64,000 nucleotides of DNA from an archaeon. Its GTDB lineage: Archaea > Nanobdellota > Nanobdellia > Woesearchaeales > GW2011-AR15. Under the pieces are notes generated by a model. The model saw only the letters and a list, made by a program, of their open reading frames with translations, did no database searches and was not told the origin of the DNA. Below, one piece after another: positions 38,084 to 47,817 of the stretch. Made by a program: the position numbers and the translations under genes. The DNA lies in the NCBI GenBank assembly GCA_018657065.1, contig JABHXU010000016.1:6333-70332 (forward strand), written 5' to 3'. Positions within the stretch are counted from its first letter, which is position 1. Every line of letters begins with the position of its first letter.

Positions 38084-39377
38084 TTTTTAATATTTTTAGT
38101 GTAGATTTAATTCCTGAAATTATCATTGTTGGAAAATACTTAATACCCATGATACTAACTATCCGAACTATTGTTTTTATCATATTTAAATTAAAGTAAA
38201 AATGTTTGTATGCTTTATTTTGGTATTTTTCAAGGTTAAGATTTTTATTAACTTGATTTTTATTATAGTGGATATTTGAAAACTTATTTTTCTTATTTTT
38301 AAAAAATTCAAATAATGCAGATCCTGGAAAAGGTGTTGCTATGTAATAAAATGCAAAATCTAAACCAATTTTACTTGATATTTTAATATTTTTAATTAGA
38401 TTCTTGTTGGAATCTCCAGGAAGTCCTAAAATAAAATGTCCAAAACTAAGTATTCCAGACTTATTTGTAATCCCAATTGTATGTCTTATTTTATTTGCAT
38501 TTATTCCTTTTTTTGATTTATTTAAAATATTTTGGTTGAAATTTTCTATACCATAAGAAATCATATAGCAACCTGATTTTTTCATTAGTTTTAAGAGATT
38601 TTCATCAACACTATCAATTCGAGAATTACACATCCAATTAATTTTAAGATTTTGTTTAATAATTTCATTACAAATTTCAATTACATAATCCTTGTCAAAT
38701 GTAAATATTTCTGAATAAAAAACAATCTCATCAATTCCTAATTTTTTAATGGCTTTTATTTCTTCAATTATACTCGTTACTCTTTTTTTCCGATATTTTT
38801 TACCATAATAAAATGGAGCTGTACAAAAAATGCAAGAATAGGGACACCCTCTTGAAGTTTGAATAAGTAAAAAAGATTTATTTTTAATTGGTAATTTATA
38901 ATTCTTTATTTCAACTAAGTCCCAAGCTGGAGTAGGTAAATCTTCAAAAGAAAAATTTTTTCCAATTAATTCATATGCAATTTCTTCAGGTTCCTTTGAT
39001 AATAAAATAATATTTTTCCCATACTTTTCATTTGAAAAATATTTTGCATGTACTCCATATACATAGAATTTAGTTGTTTTTGATATTTCTGATAATTGTT
39101 TTGTTAAATTAATATCATTTTCAAATGTTGGTGTTGTTGTATTTATAAAAACAATTTTAGGATTTTGGTTCTTAAACAATTGAATAATCCTTTTTTCATT
39201 AATCTTTTGAGCTATGCAATCATATAGCTTAATATCAAATTTTCGTCTTAAAATAGCTGCTATTTGAGCCATAGAGAGTGGTGGATATGTTGTATCAAAC
39301 AATGATGTTTCTTGTTCACATCGTCCTTCTTTAATAAAGTCCTTCTTATATGGAGGACTTAATACCCACACCACCAT
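38073..39377 (-). CDS. B12-binding-domain radical SAM enzyme
   Basis: EGRCEQ...YPPLSMAQIAA, SRGCPYSCIFC, NSRIDSVD, GLPGD, TPFPGS. Confidence 0.9.
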   Translation of the reverse strand: MVVWVLSPPYKKDFIKEGRCEQETSLFDTTYPPLSMAQIAAILRRKFDIKLYDCIAQKINEKRIIQLFKNQNPKIVFINTTTPTFENDINLTKQLSEISKTTKFYVYGVHAKYFSNEKYGKNIILLSKEPEEIAYELIGKNFSFEDLPTPAWDLVEIKNYKLPIKNKSFLLIQTSRGCPYSCIFCTAPFYYGKKYRKKRVTSIIEEIKAIKKLGIDEIVFYSEIFTFDKDYVIEICNEIIKQNLKINWMCNSRIDSVDENLLKLMKKSGCYMISYGIENFNQNILNKSKKGINANKIRHTIGITNKSGILSFGHFILGLPGDSNKNLIKNIKISSKIGLDFAFYYIATPFPGSALFEFFKNKKNKFSNIHYNKNQVNKNLNLEKYQNKAYKHFYFNLNMIKTIVRIVSIMGIKYFPTMIISGIKSTLKILKNEN

Positions 39378-39414
39378 TCATGACTAAAAGAGATTTTTAT
39401 TAATATAAATTTCC

Positions 39415-39681
39415 TTAAATCCCACTTAATAAATATACAAAAAAATAATAAACATAAATTGACAAAAAAAGTAAAAATACTCCTTCTCCAAGCATTATTT
39501 TAATGTCAATAGATTCTTTTTTCTTATAATTCATTATGCAAATCACGAAAAGGGAAAAAAACATAATAAAAGCAGGATAACTAAATGATTTATTTTGAAT
39601 TTTTGGATTTAAATAAATTAAAAGTCCACTAATTAAAAACCCAATTGAAGAAAAAAAGGACCTAAAAAATCTTGTTTTCAT
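39415..39681 (-). CDS. Small 3-TM hypothetical membrane protein
   Basis: 88 aa, three hydrophobic segments, first gene of the rSAM run. Confidence 0.6.
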   Translation of the reverse strand: MKTRFFRSFFSSIGFLISGLLIYLNPKIQNKSFSYPAFIMFFSLFVICIMNYKKKESIDIKIMLGEGVFLLFLSIYVYYFFVYLLSGI

Positions 39682-39716
39682 TAAGTTTTAATAATACAAT
39701 TTATTATAAAAAGCTT

Positions 39717-40406
39717 ATGATTAGTGAGTTTATTGATTTTTTAAAATTTGAATCAAGATTTGGATTACGAGTCTTTATTATCGATTTAATAGCAATAAAT
39801 AAATTATATTTTAGAAAAATTTATCTAGATAAGTTACTAAATTTAGCTGCAAAAGATAATCTAAAATTTACTTTTTTTGTTAGATCTTATAATTTAAAAA
39901 ATAAAAAATATTTAATCAAGAATCTTAAAAAAGGAGGTCATGAAATAGCTTCTCATGGGCATAGTCATGTTTTATATAACAATAAGTCTAAATTTTGGAT
40001 CCAAAATGAACTAAAAAAATCTCAAAAAGAGTTCAAAAAAATGGATATTAATGTTAAAGGTTTTAGATCCCCATTTTTATCTGAAAATAAATTATTGTAT
40101 GATGTATTAGATGAACTTAAATTTACATATTCTTCAAACAGATTTAAAAAAAATAAAATCAAAACAAAAATTAAACAAGCCTACATGATATATCCCTCTG
40201 ACTGGCATGGTCTTATAGTAGAAAATTGGAGTATTGAAAAAATCATTAAATCATGGAAAGATCAAAAAGGAACTTTAGCACTTCATCCTTGGATCTTTGT
40301 AAAACATTATAATAAATTAAAATCAATTATTGGATCTCAAAAAGACTTAACTATAATAAATAATTTGAAAAAAGAAAACCTGAAAATATCTTTTGATGTA
40401 TATTAA
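39717..40406 (+). CDS. Polysaccharide deacetylase (CE4/NodB-like), apparently circularly permuted
   Basis: KFTFFV, GHEIASHGHSH, GFRSP, LHPW; motif-1-like ISFDV at the extreme C-terminus; ATG 39717 preferred over TTG 39672. Confidence 0.8.
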   Translation: MISEFIDFLKFESRFGLRVFIIDLIAINKLYFRKIYLDKLLNLAAKDNLKFTFFVRSYNLKNKKYLIKNLKKGGHEIASHGHSHVLYNNKSKFWIQNELKKSQKEFKKMDINVKGFRSPFLSENKLLYDVLDELKFTYSSNRFKKNKIKTKIKQAYMIYPSDWHGLIVENWSIEKIIKSWKDQKGTLALHPWIFVKHYNKLKSIIGSQKDLTIINNLKKENLKISFDVY

Positions 40407-40407
40407 A

Positions 40408-41160
40408 ATGAAAACTACTTTAATAATTCCAGCATATAATGAAGACCCTAAAATCTTAAAACAAATAGTTAAAAAATCAAAAAAATATGTTGACAAAATT
40501 ATAATTATTGACGATGGATCTTCAAAAAATATTAAAATAGATTGTACGATAATTAAAAACATAAAAAATAAAGGTAAAGGGTTTTCAATAAGAAAAGCAA
40601 TAAAATTTGTTGGTAAATCTGATATTATTATTTTTATGGATGCTGATAATGAACATGATCCTAAAGATTTGCCAAAATTTCTTAATAAATTCAAATCAAA
40701 TAAGTTTCAAGGATTAGTGATTGGAAAAAGAAGACAATATAGATCTCCACTAAGAAAAATTCTAAATAATTGGATGAATTTTTGGATTGGATTTATTATT
40801 AAAAAAGCAGATTTTTCCTGTGGATTTAGAGCAATTGACATAAGTTCTCTAAAAAAATTTAATTTAAAATCTAATAGATTTGAAATAGATCTTGAAATGA
40901 TTCTAGAAAGTTACCTAAATAAAATAAAAATTGTATCTATAGATATTAATCATAAACCTGTTAAAAAATCTCATGTGAAATTTATTGATTATATTAAACT
41001 CAATAATTTTTTTGATAGGTGGATTTTAAAAAATCATTCTAAATTAAATATTCCATTATTAAAGAAAATGTTTTTAATGTTTTTTTCTGTTATTGGATTA
41101 ATAATTGGTTCAATAGTATATTTAACTTACTCCATTTTTAACTTAGCAACAAGTGGGTAA
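40408..41160 (+). CDS. Glycosyltransferase family 2 (DPM-synthase-like)
   Basis: IIPAYNE, IDDGS, NKGKG, FMDADNEHDP, DFSCGFRA, C-terminal TM; ATG 40408 preferred over 40393. Confidence 0.9.
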   Translation: MKTTLIIPAYNEDPKILKQIVKKSKKYVDKIIIIDDGSSKNIKIDCTIIKNIKNKGKGFSIRKAIKFVGKSDIIIFMDADNEHDPKDLPKFLNKFKSNKFQGLVIGKRRQYRSPLRKILNNWMNFWIGFIIKKADFSCGFRAIDISSLKKFNLKSNRFEIDLEMILESYLNKIKIVSIDINHKPVKKSHVKFIDYIKLNNFFDRWILKNHSKLNIPLLKKMFLMFFSVIGLIIGSIVYLTYSIFNLATSG

Positions 41161-41981
41161 TGATCTGACCCAACACAGTCATACAAAACATCACAAAAAG
41201 TTGGTTTAAGATTTTTAACAAAGATCCAATCTAACCGCTGCCTAACATGAATTCCTAAAGGAACAAAAAGTTTTCTAAATGTTGTAGCACCTTTCATAGT
41301 TGGACTAACATTGTTTTTAATGTCACTAGTCCAATACTTTCCTCTTGGCAATTTAACATCAATAAATCCTTTACCTAATAGGTTTAAGAACTGTTTTTTA
41401 TGAGCCATAAGTTTCTTTTTTGAAAAATTAGCTAAACCTACAGTATTCATGTCACCACAAAAAATTTCATAATCTACTTTTTCTTTAAAATGTGACAATA
41501 TATGTTTTATTTTCTTTTTTTTATATTTCATATTGCCAATAATTTCTAAATGTGCATTTGAAATTCTAATTGTTTTTTTATTAGGTAATTCATAAACCGT
41601 AGATATTACTCCAAATATTGCACTTTCAGTACAAATATATTTATGTGGATTAAATGGACCATTTATTGTTGGAAGTTCAACTCTAGTTTCATTTAACTTT
41701 TTTAAATTCGAAAAAGATCCTAAACCAAGTCTATCACATGTAACTTTTGGATAAATGTAGAAGCTTCCCTTTAATTTAGGAAATAATGATTGAAATTTCT
41801 TTTTCATATCTTTATTTTCATCTGTATTTCTAAGTTCTTGAAAATTAAAAAATTGATAATTTGTATTTTTACTCAATTTTTTTATATTTTCAATGGAATC
41901 ATAAACTTTATTATCAAAGCCCATTAGAATATTATACGTTGAAACAAAAATTTCCTTACTCATCACTCTAAAAAAAATCAT
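41127..41981 (-). CDS. Endonuclease/exonuclease/phosphatase (EEP) family protein
   Basis: TYNIL, FQE, NAHL, GDMN, RLDWIF, GSDHYP. Confidence 0.88.
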   Translation of the reverse strand: MIFFRVMSKEIFVSTYNILMGFDNKVYDSIENIKKLSKNTNYQFFNFQELRNTDENKDMKKKFQSLFPKLKGSFYIYPKVTCDRLGLGSFSNLKKLNETRVELPTINGPFNPHKYICTESAIFGVISTVYELPNKKTIRISNAHLEIIGNMKYKKKKIKHILSHFKEKVDYEIFCGDMNTVGLANFSKKKLMAHKKQFLNLLGKGFIDVKLPRGKYWTSDIKNNVSPTMKGATTFRKLFVPLGIHVRQRLDWIFVKNLKPTFCDVLYDCVGSDHYPLVAKLKME

Positions 41982-42048
41982 GATATAATTAAATCTTTAG
42001 GTTATATTCTAAGAAAAATATTTATACTTAGATAATTCATTAAAAAAT

Positions 42049-42660
42049 ATGAAAAAAGAATCAATTAACCCATACAAAATTGCTGCAATTGGTGGAACTT
42101 TACTAATATTATTACAGATTTTTCGTATATTTGCTAGTAGACTACAACTTGTTGATCTAATGTATCCTGGAACTTTAGCAACTGTTACCATGAGTTTTGC
42201 ATCTCTTATTATTAGTGTAATGCTCTATTATGGTTATATTTACTTTGGAAAACAAAATAATAATATTTTAATGGTTATTTCTTCAATTCTTGTTATTTTC
42301 TCTTTAGTTGTAAGTTCATCTTTTACCTTGCTAACTTTTTTGTTTCAGAAATTTACTAGTACGGGACTCTTTAATAATCCTTTTTTAATGATGGGTAGAT
42401 TCCTTAACTTTTTTTCAATATTCTACATTTTACTTGGTGCTTCAATAATTTTATCAAAAAAAGAATTAGGAAATCTTGGCCTTGTAACAGGTATTATTAT
42501 TATTATTGATTCATTTTTAAGTTTAAGTTATATGTTTATTTTTCCAATATATCCAAAATTTATCCAAATAAGCTATATAATGTTCTACTTATTTTATATT
42601 GAAAAAATACTTCAAATTTTTTTATTTTATTTTTTATCTACTAAAAAAGGACTCCATTAA
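42049..42660 (+). CDS. Hypothetical membrane protein
   Basis: About 6 TM segments. Confidence 0.6.
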   Translation: MKKESINPYKIAAIGGTLLILLQIFRIFASRLQLVDLMYPGTLATVTMSFASLIISVMLYYGYIYFGKQNNNILMVISSILVIFSLVVSSSFTLLTFLFQKFTSTGLFNNPFLMMGRFLNFFSIFYILLGASIILSKKELGNLGLVTGIIIIIDSFLSLSYMFIFPIYPKFIQISYIMFYLFYIEKILQIFLFYFLSTKKGLH

Positions 42661-42693
42661 CTTCTTAAATACTTTTTATTTTAGAAAAAAAGT

Positions 42694-43437
42694 ATGTTAA
42701 CAAATACCTTCATTCATATTCCTTATGTAAGTGAAAACACAGAAAAAAAATTGTGGCAAAATAGTATCAATTGCTGGGATGATTTCTTAAAAATACAACC
42801 TCATGTGAAAAACCAAGATGTTATAACCAAATTTCTTAAACTCTCTAAAGAGCATTACAATAAAAAGAATCATGAATTTTTTTCAAATAAAATTATATCA
42901 AAACACCAATGGAGAGCTTATGAAGATTTTAAAGATAATTGTTGTTTTTTAGATATTGAAACTACTGGACTGAGTAAACATAGAGATGAATTAACTGTTG
43001 TAGGTTTATATGATGGTAAAAAATCAAAAGTTTATATTAAAGGAAAAAATATGAATGAATTTGCAAAAGATATTGCTAAATTTTCTTTTATTGTGACATT
43101 TAATGGGGCAACTTTTGACCTACCTTTTTTAAAAGCAAAGTTTCCAGACGTAGAATTTAATCATCTACATGCTGATTTAAGATTTGTTCTAAGAAGACTT
43201 GGTTATGCTGGAGGACTTAAATCAATTGAAAAAGAATTTGGAATTGCTAGACAATCAGATTTATCTAATTTAAGTGGAAGAGATGCTATCAGACTTTGGT
43301 ATGCATACAAAAAAAAAGGAGATGAAAAAGCACTAGATAAACTAATAAGATACAATATTGAAGATATTGAAAATTTAAAAGTTTTAATGGATCATTCTTA
43401 TACTGAACTTAAAAAAAAGTGTTTAAATTTTTGTTAA
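42694..43437 (+). CDS. YprB-like RNase H/DnaQ-fold exonuclease
   Basis: FLDIETTGL, TFNGATFDLPFL, GGLKSIEK, RYNIEDIENL. Confidence 0.88.
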   Translation: MLTNTFIHIPYVSENTEKKLWQNSINCWDDFLKIQPHVKNQDVITKFLKLSKEHYNKKNHEFFSNKIISKHQWRAYEDFKDNCCFLDIETTGLSKHRDELTVVGLYDGKKSKVYIKGKNMNEFAKDIAKFSFIVTFNGATFDLPFLKAKFPDVEFNHLHADLRFVLRRLGYAGGLKSIEKEFGIARQSDLSNLSGRDAIRLWYAYKKKGDEKALDKLIRYNIEDIENLKVLMDHSYTELKKKCLNFC

Positions 43438-43481
43438 AATTATAGAAAATCTTTAAATATCTCTTTTCAATTACTTTTATT

Positions 43482-44168
43482 ATGCATCACAAACTTCAAA
43501 TTGAACAAGAAACTCAAAGATTTTTTACAAAAGTATTTGGATGGATGTTTTTAGGTCTTTTACTTTCAGGATTTACTGCATATTATGTATCTATTACTCC
43601 AGCCATCTTAGCAATTATTTTTTCAAGCCAAATTGTATTTTTTGGTCTTTTAATTGTTGAGCTGGTTTTAGTTATTAGTCTTTCAGCTTTTATTAAAAAA
43701 GTTAGTGCTACTTTAGCTACATTCTTATTTTTATTATATTCTTTTGTGACTGGATTAACCCTTTCGGTAATATTCTTGGTATATACAATTGAATCAATCA
43801 ATCTCGTATTTTTTATAACTGGAGGAATGTTTGGTTTAATGAGTTTTATTGGTTATACAACTAAAATGGATCTAACAAAATTTGGTCCAATTCTTTTTAT
43901 GGGATTACTTGGAATAATTATTGCCGGATTTGCAAATTTATTTCTTAGAAATTCAATGTTGGATTTTATTGTTACAATTATTGGAGTAATTATTTTTACT
44001 GCATTAACTGCATACGACATTCAAAGAATTAAAAAAACAAATATAATTGGGAATGAAGGGACAGAGGAAGACCATAAAGAAGCAATTATTGGCGCTCTTA
44101 CATTATATTTAGATTTTATCAACCTGTTCTTAAAACTATTAAGACTAACTGGTAAAAGAAAAAATTAA
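43482..44168 (+). CDS. Bax inhibitor-1/YccA family membrane protein
   Basis: KVFGWMFLGL, GYTTKMDL, LTAYDIQRIK, GALTLYLDFINLFL. Confidence 0.93.
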   Translation: MHHKLQIEQETQRFFTKVFGWMFLGLLLSGFTAYYVSITPAILAIIFSSQIVFFGLLIVELVLVISLSAFIKKVSATLATFLFLLYSFVTGLTLSVIFLVYTIESINLVFFITGGMFGLMSFIGYTTKMDLTKFGPILFMGLLGIIIAGFANLFLRNSMLDFIVTIIGVIIFTALTAYDIQRIKKTNIIGNEGTEEDHKEAIIGALTLYLDFINLFLKLLRLTGKRKN

Positions 44169-44175
44169 AGAAAAA

Positions 44176-45360
44176 CTAACTATATTTTTCTTTCATATAT
44201 TTTTCAAGTCTATCAAATGCAGTATTTAATGCTTCTTCACTTGCTGCAAATACAACTCTAAAATGAAAAGTATTAGGTTTTTGCCCAAATCCAGAGCCAT
44301 TAACAAATAAGACTTGATATTCATTTAAAAAATCTAAAACAAACTCTTTATCTGATTCAATTGACACATTAATTTTAGGATATGCGTAAAATGCACCTTT
44401 AGGTTTAACACAAGATATTCCTGGAATTGAATTTAATCTATTATAAGTAATGTCTCTTCTTTTTCGCAGTTCATTTTTCATATATTCAACATGATCTTGA
44501 GGTCCTTCTAATGCTGGTTTTACTGCATATTGCATTGGATGATTAATTGAAAGTCTTGCTCTTGCTAATTGTTTTACTGCATTAACATATTCCATATTAC
44601 AATTTGAAAACACCACCCATCCAACTCTCCAACCTGGACAAAGATAAGATTTTGAAAGTGTATTAATTGTAACAACAGGAACTTCATTAGTTAGCGATCC
44701 AACTGCATAAAATTCATCATCATCTAAAACAAGTTTATCATACGTTTCATCTGAAAAAATAAGTAAATTATGTTCTTTTGCTAAATCAATAATTTTCAAG
44801 AGTGTTTCTTTAGAATAAACTGAACCAGTTGGATTATTAGGATTAATTATGACTATTCCTCTTGTTTTTTCATTAATTTTTGACTTCATATCCTCAATAT
44901 CTGGTTGCCAATCATTTTCTTCATCTAAAAAATATTCATTCATTTCAATTTCTAAATAATTCAGAGTAGATTGATACAATGGATATCCTGGACTAGGAGT
45001 TAAAATATTTTCACCATTATTGACAAGAGCTCCTATAGCCATTGTTATTCCTTCAGAACCTCCAGAAGTAATTATTACATCCTCTTCACTAATACTTGGT
45101 ATATTCAATCTTTTAGCTTCTTTAGATATTGCTCTTCTTGCTTCAAGTAATCCCATTGAATCTGCATAACTAGAACTTTTGCTCCAACTATTTTCCACAG
45201 ATTTAATCATATGTTCAGGTGTATGAAAATCATATTTTAATGGATCTCCAATATTTAGATAAATAACTTTTTTACCTAATTTTTCTTGTTTTTTTGCGGC
45301 TTCAACTACATCTCTAATAGCATAAGTGATTTTTTTTGTTCTATTGGCTGGATTTATCAT
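44176..45360 (-). CDS. Class I PLP-dependent aminotransferase (alanine/aspartate aminotransferase-like)
   Basis: YAIRDV, LNIGDP, INPNNPTG, SDETY, LSKSYLCPGWRVGW, PKGAFY. Confidence 0.92.
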   Translation of the reverse strand: MINPANRTKKITYAIRDVVEAAKKQEKLGKKVIYLNIGDPLKYDFHTPEHMIKSVENSWSKSSSYADSMGLLEARRAISKEAKRLNIPSISEEDVIITSGGSEGITMAIGALVNNGENILTPSPGYPLYQSTLNYLEIEMNEYFLDEENDWQPDIEDMKSKINEKTRGIVIINPNNPTGSVYSKETLLKIIDLAKEHNLLIFSDETYDKLVLDDDEFYAVGSLTNEVPVVTINTLSKSYLCPGWRVGWVVFSNCNMEYVNAVKQLARARLSINHPMQYAVKPALEGPQDHVEYMKNELRKRRDITYNRLNSIPGISCVKPKGAFYAYPKINVSIESDKEFVLDFLNEYQVLFVNGSGFGQKPNTFHFRVVFAASEEALNTAFDRLEKYMKEKYS

Positions 45361-45474
45361 AGAGATTTTCTAATGTTTATTCTAGTATTTAAATTTTGAG
45401 AAAGATACATTAATTTTCACATAGTTATTTATGAAACAAAAAAGTTTTTATACTCTTTTAACAAAAGAAATTTT

Positions 45475-45690
45475 ATGGCAAAAAAATCAGAAACAAAAAA
45501 ACAAGAAGTTCTCGAGCATAAAAAAGAAGTTCTGCTTAAAGGAATTGGCCTTCATCTATTAACTTATCTTGTCATTTGTATAATCTTATTATTAATTGGC
45601 GTTCCATTATACATCGCAGTTATGCTTTTTATGGTATTAATTTGGGGATTATTTGTTTTAAGCTACGCACTAGTTAATAAAAATAAATAA
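45475..45690 (+). CDS. Small 2-TM hypothetical protein
   Basis: 71 aa, charged N-terminus then two TM segments. Confidence 0.55.
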   Translation: MAKKSETKKQEVLEHKKEVLLKGIGLHLLTYLVICIILLLIGVPLYIAVMLFMVLIWGLFVLSYALVNKNK

Positions 45691-45704
45691 AAATTCTTTT
45701 TTTA

Positions 45705-46946
45705 TTATTGTTCTACTTTTAATCTTATGAATTTTTGTGAGAATCTAGCCATAATTGAAGATAAAATTATACTGTAGAGCATGAAAAGTATCATTAAATC
45801 AATAATTGTCTTAGCTCCTGGATATTGGATCAAAGGAATACTATTAATTAGTTTAACACCATCTACTAAAATTGGTAAATTAAGAACATAATTACTTAAA
45901 ATAAATGCTATAACTGCTACAGCAATTCCTTTTGCACAATTTAAAGAAATAAAAATTCTTTCTTTTAAATTTAAATGATCATTATAATACACAAGCTCAA
46001 TTGCAATAAATCTTAAAATAATCATTAACCCAAATAACAATATTGATTTTAGAATAAAACTAATTGGTAGATGTATTGGTAACACAAATCCAATTAAAAC
46101 AAAAACAACTATTTCAAGAATATTTGATATTGAATTTGAAAATCCTTTTAACTCAATTTTTTTCTTAACTCTAGTATTACCAAAAAATACTCCAAAAACT
46201 GTTACTGCTAATACTCCATTTCCACCTATACTTTCAGCCATAATATATGTTAAAAGTGATGTTGTAAGGAGCATTAATGGTGAAAGTTTATCTGAATAAA
46301 ATTTCTTCATAAATCTAAAAACTATAATTCCTAAAAATACTCCAGTTCCTATGCCTGTAATTATTTGTTGCATAAACGGCGTTAAATATTCTAAAAAATT
46401 ACTCATAACATTTGCGTCAAGTTCCATTAAATCTAATAAAATAAATGGAATTAAAACCATTACTGGAGTGTTTACAATAGACTCAAACTTCAATAATTCT
46501 GTAATTTTATTTGATTTTGTTTGAAACAATGATAATACACTTCCTGGATCAGTTCCTGCCATAACTGCAGCAAAAAGTAAACTTAAAATCATACTACTAA
46601 CTCCAAATAAATAATAGGTTGCTATACTTAGAAATAACATATTAAAAACAAAAAACATAACAACTGTCTTTAACGCGTATGTTGTATAAGTATCTAAATC
46701 ATGTAGTGTAAAATTTGAACTACCTTCAAAAACAATCATAACTAAAGCTAAAATACTAACACTAATCAAAAATTCATCAGAAAAAACAAATACTGGACTA
46801 CCATTCAAAGTAATATTTTTAATAACAGCTCCTGAAATCATTAAAAGAAGCATTGCTGGAATCTTTAATTTCTTAGAAATTAATCCCATTAAAAGACCAA
46901 TAAATAAAATTACTGTAAGATTTGTTAGCATTGACAAGGTGTCCAT
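45705..46946 (-). CDS. Cation/H+ antiporter (CPA1/NhaP-like)
   Basis: AGTDPG, LKFESIVN, GGNGVLAV, AKGIAVAV; about 13 TM. Confidence 0.88.
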   Translation of the reverse strand: MDTLSMLTNLTVILFIGLLMGLISKKLKIPAMLLLMISGAVIKNITLNGSPVFVFSDEFLISVSILALVMIVFEGSSNFTLHDLDTYTTYALKTVVMFFVFNMLFLSIATYYLFGVSSMILSLLFAAVMAGTDPGSVLSLFQTKSNKITELLKFESIVNTPVMVLIPFILLDLMELDANVMSNFLEYLTPFMQQIITGIGTGVFLGIIVFRFMKKFYSDKLSPLMLLTTSLLTYIMAESIGGNGVLAVTVFGVFFGNTRVKKKIELKGFSNSISNILEIVVFVLIGFVLPIHLPISFILKSILLFGLMIILRFIAIELVYYNDHLNLKERIFISLNCAKGIAVAVIAFILSNYVLNLPILVDGVKLINSIPLIQYPGAKTIIDLMILFMLYSIILSSIMARFSQKFIRLKVEQ

Positions 46947-46979
46947 ATAAAATTCTTAGAGAATAATGGTATATAAATG

Positions 46980-47414
46980 TTATTCTTGATTTACATTAAT
47001 TTTTACTAAATTTTCCAAATCTTCTCTTTTACCAGCTACAACATAATTTCCATTTCCTACTAACGCAACCAAATCACCAATCTCAAGCCCTGCGTTTTCC
47101 AAAATATTAACTGGAATAGAAACTCGAAATTTATCATCAACAGAACTAGTTCTAAATGATCTAAAATCTTGGAATCCTTTAATTTTCACTGTTTTTTCAT
47201 CAGTTAAAAGAAGATAATTTAGGTCAAGAGTTGTATCATGACATGTTTTATAATACAAACGATGATCATAAATTGGCCCAACTCTGTTTTCATGAATCAT
47301 AGCAAATTCTGCACTAAAACAAAATCTTCCTAGTGAGCTACTACCTCCAACTTCAGAAATTTTATATCCTTTTGCTCCTGGTCCATCACTTATTCCAGTA
47401 TATAATTCAGTCAT
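46980..47414 (-). CDS. MraZ-like tandem AbrB-fold DNA-binding protein
   Basis: SSVDDKFRVSIPVNILENAGL...VALVGNGNYV resembles the MraZ C-terminal repeat; LGRFCFSAEF is a degenerate first repeat; 144 aa. Confidence 0.55.
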   Translation of the reverse strand: MTELYTGISDGPGAKGYKISEVGGSSSLGRFCFSAEFAMIHENRVGPIYDHRLYYKTCHDTTLDLNYLLLTDEKTVKIKGFQDFRSFRTSSVDDKFRVSIPVNILENAGLEIGDLVALVGNGNYVVAGKREDLENLVKINVNQE

Positions 47415-47488
47415 TTGTGAAGGTACAATTATTTTATATTTAAATCTATTACAAAAATTATTTATATTTTCAATTCCTTATTTAGTTC

Positions 47489-47794
47489 ATGAGAATAATC
47501 TATATAACTACAAGAAATGTTGGAGAAGCTAAAAAAATTGCAAATCATTTGCTTTCAAAAAAACTAATTGCATGTGCTAACATGTTTCCTATTGAAAGTA
47601 TGTACTCTTTTGAAGGAGATCTACAAGAAGACATTGAATTTGTAATTCTGATTAAAACAAAAAAAGAAAATTATGAAATTGTACAAAAAGAAATTGAAAA
47701 AATGCATTCATATGAAACACCTGCAATTTTTTCATGGGTTCCTGATAAAGTAAATAAAAAATATAATGACTGGATAAATAATAATTGTAATTAA
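47489..47794 (+). CDS. cutA: Divalent cation tolerance protein CutA
   Basis: EAKKIA..LL.KKLIACAN, SMY, LIKT, HSYETPAI. Confidence 0.92.
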   Translation: MRIIYITTRNVGEAKKIANHLLSKKLIACANMFPIESMYSFEGDLQEDIEFVILIKTKKENYEIVQKEIEKMHSYETPAIFSWVPDKVNKKYNDWINNNCN

Positions 47795-47817
47795 TAGAAT
47801 AAAAAAATTAGAAAAAA

